Shown here piece after piece: positions 15,844 to 24,020 of a stretch of DNA of 64,000 bases. Position numbers and translations under genes: made by a program. The stretch is from positions 1 through 64,000 of IMG/VR virus record IMGVR_UViG_3300025141_013434; one strand, written 5' to 3'. Origin of the DNA: a virus. The stretch's first letter is position 1. Every line of letters begins with the position of its first letter. The notes under the pieces are model-generated. The model had not been told where the DNA came from, did not search any database, and saw nothing but the letters and a program-made list of their open reading frames with translations.

Positions 15844-16265
15844 TCCACATAACTCTTCAGCGCGTCGTTGCGATGCTTAGACCACCACGGGCCTTCTATT
15901 TGTATTCCTAGTGCCTCTGCCAATTCCCTGCCAGATTCCCAGGCCAGAACCTCTTCTCTCAATATATCTATTCTGTGATTCTTGTTGGCGCGGGCTCTGA
16001 ACCCAGGAGCTTTCATAAAGGGAAATCTATTCTCAAAGGAATTCAGGCCACATTCTTCTGATCTGATACAGACATGCCCAGCTTCGTGAAGCAGTGTATG
16101 TAACCTAGAGCGATAATTCTGGTGAGAGTTCATCTCTATTCTTCTTAAGTCTTGACAGTATATGTTTTCGTATTCTTGATCGTAATACACTTCTACGCCG
16201 TGTTTATCGAGTAGAAAACCCTCTACCCTTTCGATAGATTCTTTATATTTCTTCCGATCAGAAAT
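15834..16265 (-). CDS. HEXXH zinc metallopeptidase-like protein (ImmA/IrrE-like); probable AUU start
   Basis: TLLHEAGH...EEVLAW motif. Frame is open upstream of GTG 16190 to 16292, with GGGAG-N7-ATT at 16265. Confidence 0.7.
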   Translation of the reverse strand: MSDRKKYKESIERVEGFLLDKHGVEVYYDQEYENIYCQDLRRIEMNSHQNYRSRLHTLLHEAGHVCIRSEECGLNSFENRFPFMKAPGFRARANKNHRIDILREEVLAWESGRELAEALGIQIEGPWWSKHRNDALKSYVEWV

Positions 16266-16289
16266 CTTTTCACTCCCATTTCTTAATAC

Positions 16290-16318
16290 ATTCTATCAAA
16301 TTAAAGATGAAAAATCAA
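16290..16318 (-). promoter_or_regulatory. sigma70-type promoter TTGATT-N17-TAGAAT
   Basis: Hexamers and 17-nt spacer at the 3' end of a late gene. Confidence 0.6.
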
Positions 16319-16593
16319 GGAAAAATTTTCATTATCGTAGAAACAATCGTGGCCACCATCGCAGTGAAGAGTATCCACATCATTTTGGTCGATGTAGCCT
16401 TCCATGATTCGAGGGCCCTGATTCGTGCGTAAAGGCCCTCGTCAGGATTATAAACGGCTTCTTTTATCTTGGTAATGTCGTCAGCAACCAAATCGTGCTT
16501 GCTGTGAAGAACCTCGACAGAGTTAACAACCTTTTCAATATCAATTGTTAACTTAAGTAACGGATTGGGACAACCATTATCTTCAGACATCAA
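16315..16593 (-). CDS. coiled-coil + C-terminal TM protein (XhlA/holin-like candidate)
   Basis: GLYARIRALE coiled coil followed by one TM; late motif at 16629-16635. Confidence 0.55.
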   Translation of the reverse strand: MMSEDNGCPNPLLKLTIDIEKVVNSVEVLHSKHDLVADDITKIKEAVYNPDEGLYARIRALESWKATSTKMMWILFTAMVATIVSTIMKIFP

Positions 16594-16640
16594 AAAAACC
16601 CCCCAATGGTAAACTATCAGTGTACTATTAAGTAGTGAAC

Positions 16641-18224
16641 TTATTTTGGATCGACCTGAATTATGGCGCTATCTGTCGTTATTAGTGTCCCTGCTACTGA
16701 TGCCGCGTTCTGGAGCGCACATCTAGTTACCTTTGCTGGGTCGATAATTCCTGCTTCGAAAAGATTTGTAACTTCTCCCGTCGCAAAATTCAACCCCTCC
16801 TCTCTGGAGCCTGAATCGGATAGGGAAGATAAAACCTGCTCTTTTGAAATGCCTGAATTTTGAGCCATTGTGAATAACGGAGCTGACAAGGCCCGCTTGA
16901 CTATTGCTACTCCTTTCTCTTGATCCTCGTTTTCCACTTGCACCTCTAAAGAACTTGATATTCGATGGAGCATCATGCCGCCACCTGGAACGACTCCTTC
17001 CTGTTGTGCAGACCTAACTGCCTCCAGGGCGTCTTCAATTCTATGCTTCTTTTCTATCATCTCCACCTGAGTGGCGGCACCAACCTTAATAACAGCAATG
17101 CCGGAAGCAAGGCGTGTAATTCTTTCCTGTATGGTTTCTGCCTCATGCAATGATTCTGTTTGCTCAATCTCTGCCTTCAGAGCTTCGATCCTACTTTGCA
17201 CCTCTTTATGGTCGCATGCGCCGCCAACGATGGTCGTAAGGTTCTTCAGAATTTCGACACTCTTAGAAGACCCCATATCTGTAAGTTTAACGTCTTTAAT
17301 ATCAACTCCAGTTTCCCGCCTAAAATAGGTGGCACCTGTAGCTATGGCTAAATCGTTCATTAAACTTCTTCGGGCCTCTCCATAGAGAGGGGCCTTCACC
17401 GCAACCACCTTCATAGTTCCCCTTATGGTATTCATGATCAACGCGGCGAGAGCTTGGCCTTCGATTTCGTCTGCAACGATGACAAATGGACGACTCTCTC
17501 TCGCAGCAAGCTCAAGGGCTGGCAGGATTTGTTCAACCCTCTCAAGCCTAGAGTCCGTGATCAGAAATATCGGATTCTCATACCTAACTGAACCTCTTCT
17601 TTCGTCTGTGACGAAGGCCGTCGCAGCGTAGCCAGATCCGAGCTTAAAACCCTCCACAAGATCAAGTGTAGTTTCGATCGATCGAGCTTCCTCGACAGTG
17701 ATGGATCCATCCTTCCCCACTTTGTCGACAGCCATTGCGATAAGGTTTCCAATCGTACTATCGTTATTGGCAGAAATCGATGCTATGTGAGCTATATCCT
17801 CGACGCTTTGTATGGGCCGGGCCGACTGCTCTACTTGCCTTACAACCTCCCTTACGGCCCTCTCAATACCCCTCCTGAGTTCAACTGGGTTATTCTTGTC
17901 ATCATCCAAGAACTCTCCAGCCTCATCAAAAATGGCTTTTGTCAAAACAGTTGAAGTTGTTGTGCCATCGCCTGCATCGAGATTGGTCTTTGCCGAAGCT
18001 TGCTTTACAAGCTGTGCTCCCGCATTCTCAATCGGGTCGTCCAAGTCAACAAACTTGGCAACCGTTACACCGTCCTTCGTTATGATTGGCATCTTGCCTT
18101 TTTCTTGCAAAATGACGTTGCGGCCGCGTGGACCTAACGTAGACGCAACATGGGTGGCCAAAGTATCGACCCCTTGAATTAGTTTTTGGCGTAGTTCTGC
18201 ACGAGAACTGAACTGTTTAGACAT
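16641..18224 (-). CDS. groL: chaperonin GroEL (phage-encoded, lacks GGM tail)
   Basis: TLGPRGRNV, ITKDGVTVAK, AGDGTTTST, GIIDPAKVTRCALQNAASVA. Confidence 0.98.
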   Translation of the reverse strand: MSKQFSSRAELRQKLIQGVDTLATHVASTLGPRGRNVILQEKGKMPIITKDGVTVAKFVDLDDPIENAGAQLVKQASAKTNLDAGDGTTTSTVLTKAIFDEAGEFLDDDKNNPVELRRGIERAVREVVRQVEQSARPIQSVEDIAHIASISANNDSTIGNLIAMAVDKVGKDGSITVEEARSIETTLDLVEGFKLGSGYAATAFVTDERRGSVRYENPIFLITDSRLERVEQILPALELAARESRPFVIVADEIEGQALAALIMNTIRGTMKVVAVKAPLYGEARRSLMNDLAIATGATYFRRETGVDIKDVKLTDMGSSKSVEILKNLTTIVGGACDHKEVQSRIEALKAEIEQTESLHEAETIQERITRLASGIAVIKVGAATQVEMIEKKHRIEDALEAVRSAQQEGVVPGGGMMLHRISSSLEVQVENEDQEKGVAIVKRALSAPLFTMAQNSGISKEQVLSSLSDSGSREEGLNFATGEVTNLFEAGIIDPAKVTRCALQNAASVAGTLITTDSAIIQVDPK

Positions 18225-18254
18225 TAAAATCTCACTTTCAATTATACATTATAT

Positions 18255-18283
18255 ATTATAAACACCCCGGCGGGGGTTGTCAA
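18255..18283 (-). promoter_or_regulatory. perfect sigma70 promoter TTGACA-N17-TATAAT for groEL
   Basis: TTGACA ACCCCCGCCGGGGTGTT TATAAT; the spacer is an imperfect GC-rich inverted repeat. Confidence 0.85.
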
Positions 18284-18288
18284 GTAAT

Positions 18289-19665
18289 TTATTCGGCTGG
18301 TGGCGCGTTTGGATCTTCTTTATCGTCAGCAACCTTATCTCTTATTTCTTCTTCGATAACGGTGGTATTTGCTATGGCCTTCTCGCCGGCTTTGATCGCA
18401 GCATTTCTTTTCTCGTAAGTGATGTATTTGTTTATGTTCTCGTTCAGATCCTTGAACGCCGCAAAGAGCGCCATGAACGCATCTCTTATATTATCCATGT
18501 GCATAGCCGCAACATCAATTATTGCATCTCTGGTAGAAGGTAACTCTCCAAGCCTCTGCAGTTTAAAATATCCCTTGGCGGATAGACTCTCTATCTGGGG
18601 AACACTCAGGCTCCACTGTGTGTTTGCAGACTCATTTAAAAGACCTTCGCTGACATCGGGTGAATCTTCAGCTGGTGGTGTGAACTTTTGCCCACGGATC
18701 CTGTATCCGGCAGTCATACGCAATAACTTGTACCTTTCGGGCGCGCTCTTCGTCGACTTTATCAAGCCAATAGAATTCCCTTCGGCTTCGGGATATTTCT
18801 CTAGGACGGATGGCGGCAACTGAAAGAGTTCAGATCCTGTCTGCTTAACTCCCTCTCTGGCTGTTAGGGTAAGCATATCAATAAAGTTTTCTTGATTTAT
18901 TTCAAAGGCCTCGATTGTGATAGACTCTCCAAGCTTTCTAGCTACAACGTAAAGCATCCTCCCCCCGAAATCTGGCTCGTCAAAGAGGGCATCGACAAGG
19001 TTTGTAAAGCTACCTTCAACTAAAGTCTTCGGACTTAACAACTTCAAACTTACAGGCACCTCGCCTCCGCCTGATCGAAGTTCAGTAAACGCTACCAAAT
19101 CCTGTATCGGAAGGTTGCCCTTTTCAGTTCTTTCGGCTTCCTGTCGACCATGAAGTAAAGCTGAAAGCCAGCCCTCGAATACAAATCCCGCGGAGGCCTC
19201 GTTGAAGTTCTTTATTAAGGCTGCGAGTGCCTCTAATATAATTAAGGTAGATATAATTCTGCGAGGCGAAGTAATCCTGTTACTCGGGTGCGAAAGCCTC
19301 TGGAGATATGCCAGTTTGCCCGCAACATCTGCGCCGCCACCTACAACAGAGAATATCCTGTTCATGGTCTTTCTGTCTACGCTGTTGGGGTCACCCCACG
19401 CCTCTGTTGGTATGAACGCCGGAAGCGAAACCAAGAACTCCTCGGCTTCTTTTCTGCGGGCCCTGGCTGACATTTCTGAAATGACTTCTTTTGGTGCTAA
19501 CTTACTCAAAGATTCTGCAAATTGATCCAGATACTTCAAGTCCTCCTCGTTTATTACTCCGACACCCTCGAAGCTCTTGTCTTTCATAACTGTTTCCACC
19601 ATTTCAAACAACATTTTGTGAAATGGGTTTTCGTAAAGACTGGTAAGTTTATCAAAATCAGACAT
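18289..19665 (-). CDS. late protein with PD-(D/E)xK-like nuclease motifs
   Basis: AGFVFEGWLSALL...LPIQDLV...PVSLKLL (E...D...SxK); late motif at 19684-19690. Confidence 0.5.
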   Translation of the reverse strand: MSDFDKLTSLYENPFHKMLFEMVETVMKDKSFEGVGVINEEDLKYLDQFAESLSKLAPKEVISEMSARARRKEAEEFLVSLPAFIPTEAWGDPNSVDRKTMNRIFSVVGGGADVAGKLAYLQRLSHPSNRITSPRRIISTLIILEALAALIKNFNEASAGFVFEGWLSALLHGRQEAERTEKGNLPIQDLVAFTELRSGGGEVPVSLKLLSPKTLVEGSFTNLVDALFDEPDFGGRMLYVVARKLGESITIEAFEINQENFIDMLTLTAREGVKQTGSELFQLPPSVLEKYPEAEGNSIGLIKSTKSAPERYKLLRMTAGYRIRGQKFTPPAEDSPDVSEGLLNESANTQWSLSVPQIESLSAKGYFKLQRLGELPSTRDAIIDVAAMHMDNIRDAFMALFAAFKDLNENINKYITYEKRNAAIKAGEKAIANTTVIEEEIRDKVADDKEDPNAPPAE

Positions 19666-19692
19666 ATCTATACACCTCTACTATAATTAGTA

Positions 19693-20334
19693 TCAAATTA
19701 TCTCATCTGCTATGCCAAATTCAACTGCTTGTTCGGCAGAAAGATAAACATCCATGTTTCTTTTCAGCATCTTTTTTAATCTGGTTTGGGTTAGCTTTGT
19801 CTCGGCGGCGAGACACTTTATATAATTGGCTTGAGACCATTTTATTTCTTCTATATCGTTTTCGAGATTTGACAGCATTCCGTGAGATCCACCCATCACA
19901 TTATGAATCATCACTCTGCAATTAGCTCCTATCTTTCGCTTGCCTTTTGTACCGCCTGCTAAGAGAAGAACACCAGCTGACATAACCTTGCCTAGGCCGA
20001 TAGTCTCGACGTCGCAAGTCTCTTTAACCGACCTCATTGTGTCGTAAACAGAAAACATCTCAGCAGAAGATCCGCCGTAAGTAGAGACGATCATTTTTAT
20101 CGGCTTACTGTCAAAAACGATTTCAGACTCTAGATTTTCGGGATCTGTAAGCTTAGGAACCAACGCCGTGTCCCTCAAGTACATCAAGACGCTTACGACC
20201 TCAGAGCACTTAGTTTCCTCTATGTCTCCATAGATCGAAATCGTTCTAAGTTCATCCTCCTTCTGAGAAGGAGGCTCCATATTGTTGATGATGACAATTT
20301 GATTATCATCCGAAAGAACTTCACTTTTTTGCAT
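19693..20334 (-). CDS. clpP: ClpP protease subunit
   Basis: STYGGS, GKVMSAG (Ser), VMIH (His), DVYLSAEQAVEFGIADEI; likely start MQKSEV. Confidence 0.93.
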   Translation of the reverse strand: MQKSEVLSDDNQIVIINNMEPPSQKEDELRTISIYGDIEETKCSEVVSVLMYLRDTALVPKLTDPENLESEIVFDSKPIKMIVSTYGGSSAEMFSVYDTMRSVKETCDVETIGLGKVMSAGVLLLAGGTKGKRKIGANCRVMIHNVMGGSHGMLSNLENDIEEIKWSQANYIKCLAAETKLTQTRLKKMLKRNMDVYLSAEQAVEFGIADEII

Positions 20335-20620
20335 TAAATACCTTTTCTTTCTTTCCTGTAATGTCAGATAACTCAAAAGAAAGGGTGTTCGCAAAACTAA
20401 CCCAATCTTCCCTTTCTTCGAAAGTTCTTTGTAAGAGAACAATCATCCTGTCTTGGGCGGAATCATAACCATCTCCCACGACGCGGAAATCTTTCATTTC
20501 CTTTATGATCTTGTTGATATCCCTCTTGCCCGAGCCCGAGGCTTGTATCATATAAGAATACTCTTCTTTATTATCGGATACCTTATTCTTTTGTGACCAT
20601 GCAACTGCGACAATGCTCAT
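20321..20620 (-). CDS. hypothetical protein
   Basis: 99-aa ORF coupled to its neighbours. Confidence 0.7.
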   Translation of the reverse strand: MSIVAVAWSQKNKVSDNKEEYSYMIQASGSGKRDINKIIKEMKDFRVVGDGYDSAQDRMIVLLQRTFEEREDWVSFANTLSFELSDITGKKEKVFNAKK

Positions 20621-21003
20621 TATTGATCCTCCCTTCTTCTAATTCTCAGTTGTTTTACACGAGGCTGTGCCTCTTCCCACGTAGTGTACTTAACGTATCT
20701 ATAAAATGCTTGCGGCGTGTGCGCAAGCATCTTATTAATTATAACGCTTCTCCAGTCATTGAGAAAGTTTTTATCACTTTCTTCAATGTTTTTGATTATT
20801 TTCTCAGGAATTTCAGTTCCCCTGATGTATTTGTGCTTCATTTCTGCTGCACGTTGAACATCTTCTGAAACTGCATCCATTATGGATAAGATTGAATCTG
20901 TAGTGTTTTCAAAAATTATGAGATTGTGCCCCAAGCTTAGGGCAAAGGATAGGAGCTTGTGAACGAAGGCCCCGAGAAAAAACCATAATGCGTAAGTCAA
21001 CAT
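20620..21003 (-). CDS. N-terminal TM hypothetical protein (possibly leaderless mRNA)
   Basis: ATG lies 6 nt after the -10 box of the promoter at 21010-21038. Confidence 0.7.
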   Translation of the reverse strand: MLTYALWFFLGAFVHKLLSFALSLGHNLIIFENTTDSILSIMDAVSEDVQRAAEMKHKYIRGTEIPEKIIKNIEESDKNFLNDWRSVIINKMLAHTPQAFYRYVKYTTWEEAQPRVKQLRIRRREDQ

Positions 21004-21009
21004 ATGTAT

Positions 21010-21038
21010 ATATTAAGCTAGATTCAGGGAAAAGTCAA
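21010..21038 (-). promoter_or_regulatory. sigma70-type promoter TTGACT-N17-TAATAT
   Basis: Intergenic; 17-nt spacer. Confidence 0.55.
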
Positions 21039-21045
21039 CAGAAAA

Positions 21046-21615
21046 CTACTTCTTTTGGCGATTTAATGCCTCTTTTATAATTTTCTTAGAAACTCTTTCG
21101 GTGATTCGGTCAATGATCGAATTTACGGCCGACTCATTCATCATGAGTTCTTCCTCTTCTTCCTCGACACCAAGGTCTTCTTCGCCGCCAAGGTCTTCTT
21201 CGCCACCAAGATCCTCTTCGCCGCCAAGGTCTTCTTCACCACCAAGGTCTTCTTCGCCACCATCTGAAGCGCCGAGAATTTGGTCGATGACATCTCTAGC
21301 TGTTCGAAGGGCCTCTACATCGGACTCCGGAATTGAAACCTCCGCTTCAACATCTTCGCCGCCGAGGTCTTCTTCGCCGCCAAGCTCCTCATCACCGAGG
21401 GGCTCTTCGGCGGGGACTTCACCGGGCTCTTCTTCGACTGCTAAAGGATCTTCTTCTTCAAGTTCTTCTTCGATAGTCTCCTCTTCAAGAGCGTCTTCTT
21501 CAATGGAAGAATCGTCGTTCCTACCAGGAAAGCCCATTTCTCTGAGGACTGGGATTCCCGCAAGCGTTGCAAAGCGCCGAATTGTCGCTTCTTTTAAAAG
21601 GTTTTTCTTAGACAT
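21046..21615 (-). CDS. highly acidic (EEDLGG)n protein, prohead core/scaffold-like
   Basis: LLKEATIRRFATLAGI N-terminus; Glu-rich repeats; late motif at 21666-21672. Confidence 0.65.
   Translation of the reverse strand: MSKKNLLKEATIRRFATLAGIPVLREMGFPGRNDDSSIEEDALEEETIEEELEEEDPLAVEEEPGEVPAEEPLGDEELGGEEDLGGEDVEAEVSIPESDVEALRTARDVIDQILGASDGGEEDLGGEEDLGGEEDLGGEEDLGGEEDLGVEEEEEELMMNESAVNSIIDRITERVSKKIIKEALNRQKK
21170..21261. repeat. 5x 18-nt tandem repeat encoding GGEEDL
   Basis: ccaaggtcttcttcgccg units with synonymous variation. Confidence 0.9.
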
Positions 21616-21683
21616 CTGTTTACTCCTAGCTAGCCGAAAGAATAAGAATTGGTATTACTCACAAGTAAATAGTGTTCTTAAAG

Positions 21684-21923
21684 CTAAAAAGTTAAAAATA
21701 TTTTAGACATTTTCTGAATAGCTTTTTGTTCTATTTGGCGAATCCTTACAAAACTGAAACCCAACCTTTCACCTACTTCATGTAGAGTGAGTCGGCCCGT
21801 TCTACTTTCCTCAATAGAAATCAAACAACAGTTCAACTCTTTTTTGTAATCTATCCACAACCGGCAGTCTTTTTGCTCGCAAGGCTTGTTCACCTTAACA
21901 CACTCTTTTGCACACTGTCTCAT
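21684..21923 (-). CDS. sigma70 region-4-like HTH protein with Cys-rich N-terminus
   Basis: LTLHEVGERLGFSFVRIRQIEQKAIQKM matches sigma region 4.2 (TLEEVG..F.VTRERIRQIE.KAL.KL); six Cys upstream. Confidence 0.8.
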   Translation of the reverse strand: MRQCAKECVKVNKPCEQKDCRLWIDYKKELNCCLISIEESRTGRLTLHEVGERLGFSFVRIRQIEQKAIQKMSKIFLTF

Positions 21924-22261
21924 AGATCTGGTAATTCCTTTGCTATTAAATCAAATAAGTCTTCTGCTTCTTTTTCACTAAGATTAAAAAGCTTTTCTGT
22001 CTCTTTTCCTAGGGCGACAAGCTCCCTGCTCTTTTCTAATTTCTTCTTACCTTGTTTCGCCACAACGTCTTTTAAATCATTTACATAATCAAGTATTCGA
22101 GGATCCCTAGATAAATACCCTGTGACCATAGCTCTAAAAAACTGCAACTGAGTCAAGCCATCATATCTTAGTCTTATCCTTAAATCCGCGTGTCTCTTGT
22201 CGGAATCCTGAAAGACAATCTTTTTGCCTTCTTTCCCGTATTTATATTTATTTTCTGACAT
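21920..22261 (-). CDS. hypothetical protein (possible DNA-binding)
   Basis: Likely start MSENKY, overlapping the upstream gene's end. Confidence 0.7.
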   Translation of the reverse strand: MSENKYKYGKEGKKIVFQDSDKRHADLRIRLRYDGLTQLQFFRAMVTGYLSRDPRILDYVNDLKDVVAKQGKKKLEKSRELVALGKETEKLFNLSEKEAEDLFDLIAKELPDL

Positions 22262-23288
22262 TAAAGATGTGTGTTCCGCTTTCGATCTGAGAAGCCCCGC
22301 TTTGTATAATAAATTCAGATTTTCCTTGCAACTCTCTAATGTTCCTTGCTCCACTATAGGATAATCCGCTTCTAATATTCTGAGCCAAGTCTTTCAAGAT
22401 ATTATTAACTGGGCCGCGGCCCGGGACGGTAGTTGATACGCCTTCTAGAGACCTTGCTTCTCCGCGCCAATCATACTGGGCCTCTTTACTAGCCATTCCC
22501 CTGTATATCTTATATGTCGTCCCATCATGCTTTTGCAATATAGCGCCTGGGGTCTCGTCTGTCCCTGCCAGCATTGACCCTAGCATCACAAAATCTGCGC
22601 CGGCAGCGAGGGCCTTCACTATATCCCCAGAAGTCTTGATCCCGCCATCTGCAATTAGCTTGGCGTTTCTATCTGATTTTGCACAATCCAAAACAGACTG
22701 AAATGTTGGCACTCCGTGGCCGGTCATGATTCTTGTTGAACAAATAGAGCCGCCACCTATGCCAACTCTTATACTATCTGCGCCCCAGTCAGACAAATCA
22801 TTAAACGCTTCAAGAGTTGCAACGTTACCAGTCATGATGTGAATCGACTCTCCAAAAACGCCCCTTAAAGTTTCTAGCGCGTGCTTAACGAGAGTATGAT
22901 GTCCGTGGGCAACATCGACACAGATTACGCGAGCGCCGGCATCAAACAGGGCACATGCTCTTTCTTCAAAATCTCCAGACACCCCGACTGCTGCAGCAAC
23001 CCAAGGGCCGGGTTCTTTCGATCCGAATTCAACTCGACTTATGATCTCCACCTGTTCTTCGATCGAATTGTAGCGATGGACAACTCCCATGCCTCCCTGA
23101 TTTCTCAAGGCTAGTGACATATGGTGATCAGTCACCGTGTCCATCGGTGCCGAGATGATTGGCAAAACGAATTTGTGACCTCCCAGTGTGGAGCCGATAT
23201 CTATCTCCGTCCTCGACTTGATATCGCTTGCTTGAGGTACCAATAACACATCATCAAAACTATACGTCTTCTTGAACATTTGTTTCAT
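22248..23288 (-). CDS. GMP reductase / IMP dehydrogenase family protein (no CBS domains)
   Basis: [46 protein letters not shown]. Confidence 0.93.
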   Translation of the reverse strand: MKQMFKKTYSFDDVLLVPQASDIKSRTEIDIGSTLGGHKFVLPIISAPMDTVTDHHMSLALRNQGGMGVVHRYNSIEEQVEIISRVEFGSKEPGPWVAAAVGVSGDFEERACALFDAGARVICVDVAHGHHTLVKHALETLRGVFGESIHIMTGNVATLEAFNDLSDWGADSIRVGIGGGSICSTRIMTGHGVPTFQSVLDCAKSDRNAKLIADGGIKTSGDIVKALAAGADFVMLGSMLAGTDETPGAILQKHDGTTYKIYRGMASKEAQYDWRGEARSLEGVSTTVPGRGPVNNILKDLAQNIRSGLSYSGARNIRELQGKSEFIIQSGASQIESGTHIFNVRK

Positions 23289-23538
23289 CCTTTATCACTT
23301 TTTCTATGAGATCTTTAGCCATGGACCAGCATTCGGGACAGTACAGTCTAACAATCTCTTCTTTTTCTCTCACCACGACATTCCATGTCATGACCATTTC
23401 TTTATCTTTCTTATCATATGCCTTTTCACATGCTGAACAATTGTCTGGAATCTTTTCGAAAAGGCCTAGCTTTTCCTGCATATCTTTTTTCGCTTGCTTT
23501 TTCTTATTGCGGCGGAGTTTTCGACTCGCAGATGACAT
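23260..23538 (-). CDS. small Zn-binding (CxxC...CxxC) protein
   Basis: CSAC...YCPECW. Confidence 0.7.
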   Translation of the reverse strand: MSSASRKLRRNKKKQAKKDMQEKLGLFEKIPDNCSACEKAYDKKDKEMVMTWNVVVREKEEIVRLYCPECWSMAKDLIEKVIKDETNVQEDV

Positions 23539-24011
23539 TAAAAATCACCAGTTGAGCCGAAGCCACCTGAAGCTCTCTTTGTTTGTTTACCATAAACATT
23601 GTCCTGCTTTATCTCTTCTATTCCGCAGGTTTCAACAGGCACCAAGACAGCCTGAGCTATCTTTTGCCCGGGGGCGATGGCTTTGACCGTGGTACCAATG
23701 TTGTTCAAATTAACAAATATCTCACCGTCATAGCCACTGTCGACGACACAAGCACCGACAACTAGCCTCTGCTTTGTAGCTACACCAGACTTGTTCTTAA
23801 TCTCCAGCATGTAGCCCTCTGGCACACCTATCTTTAAGCCTGTCGGAATAAGGGATCCAGATCCCGGGCCAATTCTAATTTCATTCTTTTTGTTGAAATT
23901 GTTATTATTCTCACTGTCTGGACAGTAAAACAAATCCATGCCAGCATCACTCGGGTAGGCCCTAACTGGAAGCTTTGCCGTTGTTCTCAATTTAAAAACT
24001 TTTAGTTTCAT
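23538..24011 (-). CDS. dut: dUTPase (trimeric)
   Basis: AGMDL, KSG, VDSGYDGEI, IAQAV, RASGGFGSTG motifs. Confidence 0.96.
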   Translation of the reverse strand: MKLKVFKLRTTAKLPVRAYPSDAGMDLFYCPDSENNNNFNKKNEIRIGPGSGSLIPTGLKIGVPEGYMLEIKNKSGVATKQRLVVGACVVDSGYDGEIFVNLNNIGTTVKAIAPGQKIAQAVLVPVETCGIEEIKQDNVYGKQTKRASGGFGSTGDF

Positions 24012-24020
24012 CTTTTGCTC

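Noticed and set aside
21101-21706. 201-aa plus-strand Ser/Pro-rich ORF (and other plus-strand ORFs in the track)
   Set aside because: Antisense shadow of the (GGEEDL)n gene. No plus-strand ORF in the window has a convincing RBS, a recognisable motif or free space.
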